NCBI GenBank assembly: GCA_951406725.2
Contig: OX597814.1
Coordinates: 140,368,001 to 140,432,000 of the forward strand
DNA length: 64,000 bases
Reading direction: 5' to 3'
Source of the DNA: Octopus vulgaris
Taxonomy: Eukaryota
Below the pieces are notes generated by a model. It did no database searches and was not told the origin of the DNA. It was given only the letters and a program-made list of their open reading frames with translations. This document shows, one piece after another, positions 28,561-39,403 of this stretch. The translations under genes were made by a program, and so were the position numbers. Within the stretch, counting starts at the first letter, position 1, and every line of letters starts with the position of its first letter.

Positions 28561-29129
28561 TTTTTTATTCTCATAGAAGCAAACACGATAGGGAGTAATT
28601 CTCCATCATACATCTACTAAAAACTTCAACATACTTCCAAAATTGATCCACACACCCTTTGCCAGCCAGTGAAAAAGGGGTGCATGTCGCAACAATCTCT
28701 ACAGCTCACTGAAAATGAACAGGTGAGGAGGTAACCCATGAGCTCTACTCATTTTTAGTTAGACGTGCAAAATAACAGCTAGTTGTTTTTCCATCTTTAA
28801 TTATGTGCTAAAACATGCTGTTTCACTTGTTTAAGCTGTTCATATGCATGAAACTACATACATAAAACAAACCATACAAATCTACACATGCACTGACTCC
28901 AAATACTGCTCATATACACACACAAATAACCTATTGATGTTTTTGAAATTCCAATAAAGGAGCCTTGGATCTAGGCTAGAAACTGATTCTTTCACTAATG
29001 GCAAGAAATCTTGAAATAAAACTGAATAATGATGTGCATAGTTGTCCACAAACCCATGTGTCGGAAAAAAAAAAACTTCTATATTAAATTAAAAGAGTGG
29101 ATATACTATTTTTAATAAAATACTATATT

Positions 29130-29815
29130 ATATTTCGTTTTTGTATTTGGTTTGCAAGATTCTTTATGTGAATTCGTTTGTTGAAGCACATTTTATTGTG
29201 TCTGGGGAGAGTCATTCTCTTTTAGTGCCTTATTAATTTAATACACTCACCTATTTCCACTCATTTATTTATTTATTTCATTAAAATTTTCATTGCAACT
29301 TGCAACTTTTTCAATCGCAGGAGTGGCTGTGTGGTAAGTAGCTTGCTTACAAACCACATGGTTCCCGGTTCAGTCCCACTCCATGGCATCTTGGGTAAGT
29401 GTCTTCAACTATAGCCTCGGGCCAATCAAAGCCTTGTGAGTGGATTTGGCAGATGGAAACTGAAAGAAGCCTGTTGCATATATGTATATATATATATGTA
29501 TGTATGTGTATATGTTGTGTATCTGTTTGTCCCCCCAACATCGCTTGACAACCGATGCTGGTGTGTTTAGGTCCCTGTAACTTAGTGGTTTGGCAAAAGA
29601 GACCGATAGAATAAGTACTAGGCTTACAAAGAATAAGTCCTGGGGTCGATTTGATTCAACTAAAGGCGGTGCTCCAGCATGGCCGCAGTCAAATGACTGA
29701 AACAAGTAAAAGAGTGAACAAAAATTTTAGTAAAAATAAATGAGTGGAACTCAGTGAGCATGTTAAATTAATAAGGCACTAAAAGAGAATGGCTCTCCTT
29801 AGTCACAATAAAATA
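29130..29815. mobile_element. Foldback repeat (arms ~29190-29290 and ~29720-29815) with a SINE in the middle
   Basis: 'ttttattgtgtctggggagagtcattctcttttagtgccttattaatttaa' is mirrored by 'ttaaattaataaggcactaaaagagaatggctctccttagtcacaataaaa'. Same family as the remnant at 1621-1686. Confidence 0.7.
29317..29714 (+). mobile_element. Full-length family-B (CORE-like) SINE
   Basis: Complete head, internal (TA/TG)n tract and 3' half ending 'gaaacaagtaaaagag'. Confidence 0.92.
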
Positions 29816-30289
29816 CTATGTTATAGTTTCATATAAGCCAATCAATTTCACACCAGGTGTTGAGAAAAATTCCATCAACTATCAGAATTGTCTGAGAAAA
29901 GGAATGATAAGGCATGGGCTCTTTGCCACTGGAGACCTGAAAGAGTCAGATTCAGTTTGAAGATTTTATAGCTGTTGTGATATTTTAGTTAATTGAAGTT
30001 ATACCCCTTGAACTGAGGTCAACATAGACCACCACATTATGAGAGATATATATACCTGTGAGATGGGATAAGCAGAACAGGATTGGATAGAGACATGGAT
30101 GAAGTGGGAATAGGGGATGTAGGTGGGGTTAATTTTTAAATCGTGTGTGGCCCTGTACATGTATGTGTGTGTGTGTGTGTATACTTTGATTAGATGTGTT
30201 AACCTCATGAAGGGATGGGTTCATCCAAGGAAATGCTGATTCAATACCTAGTATTTTGGGGGGAATTAATTTCCTTAAAATTATTGGTA

Positions 30290-30675
30290 TCTCTTCTCTC
30301 TATATATAAATGGCAGTTTGTCTGTGCGTGTTTCTGTGTGTCTGTTTGCTTGTACCCTCACCCTGACCACGGCTTTCAACCGATTCTGATGAAACTTGAC
30401 ACACACATAGCCCAATGTCATAATTCAAAACTAACGTAGCGAAAATTTTGAAAAGTTCCCCCAGTTCTGAAAAAAATCGATAAATTCGACATGGGGTCGA
30501 GAATCAGAAACACAAACCGCAAACTGTCTAGGGGACGCAACTCCACCTTTTTTCACTCTCAAAAAATTTACCATCATTTTTTCCATTTTTTTGCTATTTT
30601 TTGGCTATAACTCTCTAAAAATGCTTTATAGTTATTTCCCTTACAAACCTGAGCAACGCCGGGCGATACTGCTAG
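30290..30675 (+). mobile_element. Non-autonomous Helitron
   Basis: 5' TC, 3' hairpin 'cctgagcaacgccggg' followed by CTAG, inserted between A and T with no TSD. A near-identical copy is at 44833-45215. Confidence 0.88.
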
Positions 30676-30886
30676 TATATATATAAACATATAGTTTATA
30701 TTCATATATAAGAAGAGGAAAATGAAGATCGGTAAGTTAATAATTTTTTATTGTTAACAGTAAATTAATGATCATCCCTTATATTCTTTTATTCATTATC
30801 CAATCAGAATTAATTAACCAACATGGATCTATATTAACTTCTTGGGGGTGATGGGTAAAAAGTGTAAACACATATATAAATGCATG

Positions 30887-31120
30887 GAAGGCAGCGAGCT
30901 GGCAGAAACGTTAGCACGCCGGGCGAAATGCGTAGCCATATTTCGTCTGCTGTTATGTTCTGGGTTCAAATTCCGCCGAGGTCGACTTTGCCTTTCATCC
31001 TTTCGGGGTCGATAAATTAAGTACCAGTTATACACTGGGGTCGTTATAATCGACTTAATCCATTTGTCTGTCTTTGTTTGTCCCCTCTGTGTTTAGCCCC
31101 TTGTAGGTAGTAAAGAAATA
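30887..31120 (+). mobile_element. Family-A SINE, well preserved
   Basis: 'aggcagcgagctggcagaaacgttagcacgccgggcg...gggttcaaattccgccgaggtcgactttgcc...ggggtcgataaattaagtaccag'. Confidence 0.9.
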
Positions 31121-31606
31121 TATATATATATATGCATGGAAGACGTGGAATGAAGTGGTAAGGACCTTTCTCAGGATGTTGGGCTTCATAGAGGAAATGA
31201 CTGGTAATATGAGGTTTTCATACAAGATCACCTCCTCCAATACTCCCTCTCCTCTCAAATGATTTTTATCTTGCAGGTTACTTGGTGACCTTGTCAATGC
31301 AAGTGCCACTTAAAAAGCATCTAATCTGCACTGTAAAATGGTTGGCATTTGGAAGGGCATCCAGCTGTAAAAACCTTGCTAAAACTGACCTCACCTGTGC
31401 TTGTGCCATATAAAAAACACTAAATCCACTCTGCTGGGTGGCTGGTGTTAGGAAGGGCATCCAATTGTGAAAATCTTGCCGAAACAGTCACAGAAGTCTG
31501 GTGCAGGCTTCTGCCTGTCCAGCTCTTGTGAAACTGTCCCACCCATGCTAGCATGGAAGGCAGGCATTAAATGATGATGATGATACATATATGTGTGTGT
31601 GTGTGT

Positions 31607-31647
<41 letters not shown>

Positions 31648-31669
31648 TACATAAGAGGTGTATAAATAT

Positions 31670-33155
31670 CAGAGGAAGGTTAACAGGGAAAATAGTCTTT
31701 GTGTGTGGCAAATGCACAGGTACAATAAACACTAGAAATATACTGAAAATAGACTCCATCAAATGCCAGTGAGGGCACCTAGAAGTCGTTGATAGCTTTT
31801 GTTATCTAGGTGACCAAGTCAGCAGTAGAGGGGGATGCTCCGAGAGCATAGCTGCTAGAATAAGAATAGGCTGAGCAAAGTTCAGAGAGCTGCTACCTTT
31901 GTTGGCAACAAAGTGCCTCTTCCTCAGAGTGAAAGGTAGATTGTATGATGCCTGTGTGTGAACAGCCATGGCGTGGGGATAGATGATGTAGGAGGAGGGT
32001 TGTGAAACATGGCTGAGACTGCAGAAGACATGTGAAGACCTGAAAGAATTGAATCTAGTATGCTCTGCTGGATGTGCAATGTCAGTGTGCATACATAACA
32101 GAGTGTAAGTGTCTTGATAGAAAGGTTGGCATAAGTGGCATCAGATGAGGTGTGTAAGGGAGGCAACTGTGCTAGTATGGTCATATGCATATAATAATAA
32201 TGAAATTATTGTATACAGTGCTCAGGTGCACCACAACTTGTCAAAAGTGCGTATAAAGTATATGCAGTAATGTACAAATGTCTGGAAAGCAAACAATGTA
32301 TGAGTCAGATACATGCTTGTGTGTGTATGGAGGGGAGGAAATCGGGTGTAGTGTTGGCGAATCTCAGAAAGCATGGAAGTTTTGAAGGATGCAGTGCTCC
32401 GACAACTAACAACTGATGCTGGCAGTTTGTTCCATGCTTCAGCAACTCTCAGCATGAAAAAATGTTTCCGAAAGTCATGGGAGCTGTGCTGTTTTCTGAC
32501 TTTGTAAATATGTCCACGGGTGTTAGATGGGTGGAGTTTGAAAAGGCGCTCAGAGTTATTGTTTGTAAGATGGTTGATAATTTTATGTGTGTCTGCCAAG
32601 TCAGCTGCCAGACGTTGGAGTTTCAATGTGTCCATGCCCAGGGAAGGAAGGCATTCAGAATATGGCAAATGCCTGATGGAGGGTATTCTTTTGGTTGCAC
32701 GTCGCTGAACGGCTTCCAGGAGGACAACTGCATAAAGAAGTGTTGATCTCTAACTGTGGTAGAGGTTAGAATCAGGAAGACATAGGATGAGGTTGTGAAG
32801 CATGATCTCCAAATGTGGGATCTCACAGAGGCAATGACAAGTAGTCATGGACTTTGGTGACTTGCTGTGCTTGAAAAGACTCATTAAGCCAAATGAAATC
32901 ATAGTGTGGCCAGTGCTGAAGACACATTACAGCATCTGTGCTAGAAGCACGTAAAAGTACCTGTACTGGTGACATGTAAAAGGCACCTACTACACTCTCA
33001 GAGTGGTTGGCATTAGAAAGGACATCCAGCTATAGAAACCAAGCCAAAATCAGACTGGAACTTGATGCAGCTGCCTGGCTTACCAGTTCCAATCAAACCA
33101 TCTAACCCATGCCAGCATGGAAAGCAAATGTTAAATGATGATGATGATGATGATG
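31670..33155 (+). mobile_element. Decayed RTE LINE 3' fragment split by a CR1-type insertion
   Basis: Homologous to the 22070-23380 ORF on both sides of 32192-32712, with in-frame stops; ends in (GAT)n. Confidence 0.88.
32192..32712 (-). mobile_element. CR1/L2-group LINE 3' end
   Basis: ORF 32222-32668 PYSECL.SLG..TL..RL..DL..THKI...TRGHIYKV...RKHFF..RVAEAWNKLP.SVV...FK matches the CR1-group C-terminal motif; short (TTA)n tail. Confidence 0.88.
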
Positions 33156-33357
33156 GCCCTTCAGTCACTCTGTTGTTTCTGCTAAATATTAATAATATGC
33201 ATGCATACATACATACATATTACAATTGGATGTGGTAAGTTATGTTAATTCCTGATTTAGGTGAAAGGAAAAATTCTTAAGGTTTTTGAATCTGAGTCTG
33301 AAGGAACCTTCAGTTGTACCCACATATTTCTCCATGTCTGTCACTAAATTGGAATAA

Positions 33358-34045
33358 AATTCAGACCTTTTACCTCTGTTGGTAACAAAAGGTCTTTCTC
33401 TCCAAGTGAAAGGGAGATTGTATAATGCATGTATACAAACACCAATGCTACATGGTAGTGAGATGTGGTCCCTGAATGCAGATGACATGCAAAGACTAGA
33501 GAGGAAGGAAGCTAAAACTCTCCACTGGATGTGCAATGTCAGCATACATGTGCGACAGAGCCCTAGTTTATTGATAGAAAAGTTAGGCACAAGAGGAATT
33601 AGATGTAGCGTGCAAAGGAGAAGACTGTGTTGGTTTGGTCATGTGATGTGTATAGACATAGATAGTTGCATACAGAAGTGACAGTCACTTAAAGTGGATG
33701 GGACATGTGGAAGAAGGAGACCCAGGAAGACATGGGAAGTACTGAAAGCCAATGTCAAGACACTGAGCCTTACAAAGGGGATGACAAAGATGCCTTGCTA
33801 TTCTCAAGGAAACCCATTTACCACAGCAGAACTGATACCAGTGCCAGTTCCACATGAAAGCTGTACCATGTTAAAAGCACCCAGTCCATTCTACAAAGTG
33901 GTTGGCATTAGGAAGGGCATCCAGTCATAGAAACCATGCCTGAACAGACAATGGAGCCTAGTGCAGACCCTGACCTTACCATCTCCTATCAAACCATCCA
34001 ACCCATGCCAGCATGGAAAATGTTGATTAAATGATCATGATGATA
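33358..34045 (+). mobile_element. RTE LINE 3' fragment nested in the Penelope-like element
   Basis: LVTKGLSLQVKGRLYNAC...MLHGSEMW...RRLCWFGHVM...GRRRPRKTW followed by the RTE 3' UTR. Confidence 0.9.
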
Positions 34046-34959
34046 CCACCTCCACCTCCTACATAATGGTTTCTATATTGCAATGGCCATTAAGTGGATG
34101 TGAAGCATTACTTCTGAATGAGTAGCATGCTTCTGTTTCAGGTTTGGGACTACTAATTAACATTTTCTCTATGCCAAGAGCACAGCTTAAACAGAGCCTC
34201 AACTTGTGTCTATGAAATATTTTCCTGTGTCTATTTTGCCGTTTAGGGAAAATGTTTGACTAAACTAAGGAAGATCCAGTCTACACAAGTTTTTACATTC
34301 AAGGCAAATGGGAAGGTAAACCATATGACTTTATGGAGGCTTGGTGGAGTTAGGGCTGGACATAAACCTAATTATATCCTTAAAAACACAAGCAGCAAGG
34401 GCCTTATTGTAATATGGGGCTGCAGTGTCAAAAATTTCCTTCGAAGAATAGATTGGAGACATTTCAGCTAACACTTTTTGCCAGGTTCTTGAAAACTATG
34501 GTTGGATGGCAGAAACTGCTATTAACATATGTCAACATCCCATCCAGTTTCTGAAAGGGTTTATAGATACAAGTATCTAAGTCTGTCACATCCAGGAAAT
34601 AGGTTTCTGTTGTGACCTTGAGCCCAAGAGAATCAAGATTAAGGATTAACTTTTTCTTGAGTTTATTGAGTGTGTGGCCATTTGCTCCTCTCAATAAAGC
34701 CAAAACATCATTCTTATAGAGGCTAAAGTTAGATGAGAATTTCTTAGTGAGAATATGTAGAATGAAAAAAACCTATGTCACATACATCAGCATTGTTGAA
34801 TGCTCCCATCACAACACTGAAAACACCTTCAAGGTCAACTTGCTTGACCCAAGTCAAGCCCTTGTCAAAAAGTAGGGTTTTCCTGGCATGCATGATGATG
34901 TTTATGTTCTCATTGCTAACACTGGTAAAGTTCAATGCCCTAAATAACAAATCGCTTAG

Positions 34960-35232
34960 GCACAGGCCAACCAAAGCCTTGTGAGTGGATTTGGTAGATG
35001 GAAACTAAAAGAAGCCTGTCATATATATATATATGTTTGTGTGTCTGTGTTTGTCCCCCCACACTCCATTGCTTGACAACTGATGTTGGTGTGTTTACAT
35101 CCCCATAACAACGATTCAGCAAAAGAAACTGATAGTACTAGGCTTACAAAGAAAAGTCCTGAGTTCGATTTGTTCAACTAAAGGTGGTGCTCCAGGATGG
35201 CAGCAGTGAAATAACTTAAGCAATTAAAAGAA
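34960..35232 (+). mobile_element. 5'-truncated family-B SINE nested in the Penelope-like element
   Basis: 'aagccttgtgagtggatttggtagatggaaac...gcttgacaactgatgttggtgtgtttac...ggtggtgctccag'. Confidence 0.85.
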
Positions 35233-37333
35233 TATATTGACTTGAGTGAACTTTACTCTACCTCTTCTAGTATTGGTTTTAAATCATGAGATGACCTTGT
35301 TGGTGTTGTGCCAAAGGGAGAGACCACACGCTCTCCTAATGTCAGTGTTAAAATTCCTGAGCATGTGTTTGCTCACCAAACTGATCTCTGACTTCACAGG
35401 GCTGATTAGCCAGTATTTGGGGTCAGAAGCAAAGTCAGAGTTATAATCCTTAATTGACATAACAACCTCTTTTCTCCCTGGAGTCACTATCTTATCATTG
35501 CCGCCTAATCTAAAAGCTATTTCTTTTACATCATTGTTTGTGTTATTATAAGTCTGAAGGGAAGCCTTCTGTATGATAATGATGGTTAATAGCTGTGTGT
35601 ATCATTACCTAATCCATATAAATATTTTAGCCTTGCGTGAAAAGAGTAAAGCTTTATTAGAAGACTTAAGATTATAAATGTCTACTCTATGTTTATTGGA
35701 AAGGAGTAGAGAACTTATGGAATCTCAGCTTTGGTATGATATCCAGGTTTCAAAGTCTTACATCTACTTGATCCTGGGTGGGAATTTTCTAGACCTAATG
35801 CTGAAAAGCTCAGAATCTGTGAGCAGTTGTACATAGTGATAGAAAGAAAGCTTTCCATCTCATAAGCTTTACCAGATTCCTCATCTTCTTCAGTAGCATC
35901 CTTGTATAGAAGACAGAGTTTGGATGTTCTTTGTAGATGACCGTAAGCAAATTACAGAAGGAGAGCGCTTGTCTTTCATGGAGTTTCTGAGGTTTCATGA
36001 GGGAGAATATATATTCTAAAGACAATGAACAAAAACAAAACAAAAAAGAAAAAGTGTCTTAGATTAATGCTTAAAAAGTAAAGAAAACAGTTTTAAAATG
36101 TTGGTACATTGGGCCTTCATCAGGAGAAGAGCATAACAGAAAAATAAAGGAGTGTGGAAGAGGAAAAGTAGATGAGAAAAGAAGAGGAAAAAAGCATGTG
36201 GGACTAAGGGCCAGATGGAAATGCAGTTCTATAGGGAAGGGACAAAAAGGTAGGCAAGGGTAAGTGTGCATGTGTATTGAGATGAGCATAAGGGAGTGAG
36301 TAGTTTTTGGTATGTGTCTATGTATGTGTACGAGGAAAGTGTGGACATATGGAGGTGGGAGTGAACATGAGTGTGAGGTAAAAGGAAAAGTGAAAGGAAT
36401 GTGGAGGAGTAATACAAATGTACGTAGTAGTATTGGTGTGAGATGTTGTAACGTGGAAGAAAGTTATAAACAAGAGAAGAATAAGAGGGTACAATACACA
36501 CACCATCAGCAGCAGCAATGTTTTCACAATAGGTTAGAAACAAAGAATACTGCTTGCATAACAGTGACACTTGTTTACAACTATCATATAATGTCAAGGC
36601 AAGGAGACAGTAACATACACAAACATACTTACACACAGAGGAAAACACACACACAGAGAAACATACACACACATATATACAAAGAGTTTCTTTCCATTTT
36701 CATCTACCAAATCCACTCACAAGACTTTGGTGAGCCTAGATCAATAGTAGAAGACACTTGCTCAAGGTTCCACACAGTGGGACCAAAAACATTTGGTTAG
36801 GAAGCAAACTTTTTACCACAGAACCATGCCTGTACCATTTTCCCTATTCAAATAAATACATTCTCAATTAATCTCATTCTTACCACAATTCTGTTTACCA
36901 TCTGTTAGATTCTCAGAAGATTTCTTCACATCATTTTTCCATTCTACTTAAGTCTCCTCTTTCACAATCCATGCCTAACATCCAATTCCCAAGATACCTT
37001 TATATACCTGAGAAAGCTCAATTCATTCATCCTTCAGAATAATATCTCACTTCTTGCACAACATCATCTTTTGACGGATGACCTAAGGTTTGATGGGGGA
37101 GGAGAGGGTCAAACAATAATAATAATAATTACAACTATAGAACTAACAATCACCAACCTCTACCTTTTCATTAACATGCATACAGATGTCTTTTCTTCTA
37201 CTATTTAACACAAATGTTACATTACTATAGATTAGACCAGGTCTTTTCATTCTCTCTCTCTCTCTCTTTCTCATTCAGTCTCTCATGAGTGTATATGTGT
37301 ATAGATATACACATGTGTATAAATATATTTGTA

Positions 37334-37692
37334 TATGAGGGGGTGCTGAAAAGTTACTGGCTTTGGATGAAAGAAAATACAGGAAGATCAGTTAATTATG
37401 ATTTTCATCATCATCATCATCATCGTTTAACGTCCATTCTCCATGCTAGCATGGGTTGGACGGTTTGACCAGGGATCTGGGAAGCCAGAAGGCAACACCA
37501 GGCTCCAGTCTTATCTGGCAGTGTTTCTACAGCTGGATGCCCTTCCTAACGCCATTCCCCTCTCAGATTCACACAATATTGCAGCAATCCTTCAGTTTTC
37601 TAAGTGCTGTAAAAGAAACTGGAAGGTTGGGCCTCTGACCAGGCCTTTCACAACACCCTTAAAGCCAGGAACCTTTCAACCACCCTCTCATA
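37334..37692. mobile_element. Mariner-type MITE with a ~150-bp RTE 3' end inserted (37405-37554, minus strand)
   Basis: Colinear with 18598-18817 except for the (CAT)n...cctaacgcca insert. Confidence 0.88.
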
Positions 37693-38153
37693 TACACGTA
37701 TGTCTATATACATATGTTAATGTTTGTCTTTACATTTAGTTGTAATAAAACCAAATTTTACAATAATCTGAGTGATTACTCTATACTTTTGTAGAGTACA
37801 AATTTATTTTTAAAGAAGAATATTGTTGACAGTGATTTTGAAGTTTCAGCCAGTTAAGCCATCATTGAATGATGAATTAACTGGTCAAAACTTTGAAGTC
37901 ACTATCAACATCATTCTTGTTTAAGAATAAACATACATATATATATATATATGTTTCTAAACTGAAACTGTTCAACAAATGGGAACGTGAAACTCTGAGT
38001 AACAGTTTTTGTGATGTCTTTGCAGCTTTATTAATAAAGTATATTACTCTACCTCTGGTTTTCAAGTACTATTTTTTCCACTTTGTTTCTCATTTATGTG
38101 CTTACTCTAGTGTACACGCACCATGCAGCTTCCCGAGAGCATTTATACATTCA

Positions 38154-38660
38154 TACCATAAATCCTCGAGTATAATCCGCATTTTTTTTCCAAAATTTAA
38201 AGGTCAAAATCCCTAGTGCGTACTATATATATTTTCTAAGCAATGATGTCCAAGTCTCTATTTGCTGTTGGGCAATGTTTATTCAGACGCATTTTGTGAT
38301 GTCGGGCACGAAAATACCTTAAGCTAAGCCTGAAAGCAATGAAGTCATAAAAGAATCATCCATAACTTGCAGTAAGCAACATTTATCAAAATAAAAATAT
38401 TCAGAACACAGAATAACATGTAACAAAAACAATTTGCAAACATATTTACATTCCCACATAACAGTTAAGAACACCATTATTGTATTACGCATGCACAGAA
38501 GTGTTTGTTCGACTAGGTGCTGCTGGCTTAATTACGCACGGCTCAAGTTAGAGAAGGGGTGTGTATTATTCACAAGGTTTAGGTTTTTCAGAGGTACAGC
38601 CCCCTAAAAATCTCCTGTGTATTATACTCAAGGGCGGACTATACTTAAGGATTTACGGTA
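38154..38660. mobile_element. pogo/Tigger-like MITE
   Basis: TIRs 'taccataaatcctcgagtataatccgc' and 'gcggactatacttaaggatttacggta', with TA ends. Confidence 0.82.
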
Positions 38661-39009
38661 TCTGTTAACAGTTATTTTTAATACTTTTCTTGCTGGATTG
38701 CATGTTCATTTCTCTTTTTGTCATCTGTGATTTTATTTTTGATCTTCTATATAAATAAAAATATTTCCTCCGTCTAGTTGTTTTCTCTTTACAAAACAGA
38801 AAGTTACATTGCGGAACAGTCATTTTAACAAGTAGTATTGATCTATTTATCATCCGACGAGATACATCTGCACCACCTGATGCTCCTGAACTAGTGGTAG
38901 AGTACCCCACCCAAGAAGAATCGATGGTAGATGTGTCAAAACAATTGACGTGATTAATTAAAAAAATCTCGTATATTCCATCTTGTGTCTTTCATTTGTT
39001 GTATATATA

Positions 39010-39350
39010 TATCTTATATAAAATCCATTCTGTCTGTCAGTCTGTCTATGTGGCTTCTAGGATCTCGGGCATCCTCCATCCGATTGCGCTCAAATTTGAT
39101 ATGTAGATACTGACGGTATCAGGGCATGTATATGTCTTGAAAAAATTACAAAAATCAATTCCAGGTGAGAATGCGATCGATAAAGCCATGGGAAATCGTT
39201 TTTCTTTGGAATAGAAAAAAAGTCTATCTTTATTTCTTCTTTTGCTGGTGTCTCAAATTTAGGTTAAATCAGTTTTACTCAAAGGGGAAGCCTATGGGAT
39301 GGTCGGACAAGTTCTTTTGAGAAAATTTGGACGGGGGGGGGGGGGGACGT
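39010..39350 (+). mobile_element. Probable non-autonomous Helitron 5' part
   Basis: 'atcttatataaaatcc..tctgtctgtc...ccgattgcgctcaaatttg' has the same 5' architecture as 30290-30675; no clear 3' CTAG end. Confidence 0.55.
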
Positions 39351-39357
39351 TTTGCTC

Positions 39358-39403
<46 letters not shown>

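Larger units (their letters stand above)
33240..36130 (-). mobile_element. Decayed Penelope-like retroelement (RT plus C-terminal GIY-YIG), interrupted by an RTE fragment and a SINE
   Basis: Ordered remnants: LVKLMRWKAFF (~35850); IKDY..F...PKY.LISP.KSEI..VSK (~35400); VMGAF..ADVCD and LYKNDVLAL (~34700-34810); FLDV..D...YKPF.K and YVN....HP (~34500-34600); HPLNGHC (~34090); KYVGTTEGSFRLRFKN (~33300). Confidence 0.85.

Noticed and set aside
38800-38926. Plus-strand exon-like ORF KLHCGTV...PELVVEYPTQEESM
   Set aside because: The donor is weak, there are no partner exons, and it overlaps a hammerhead-like Penelope-end motif. Not fully excluded.
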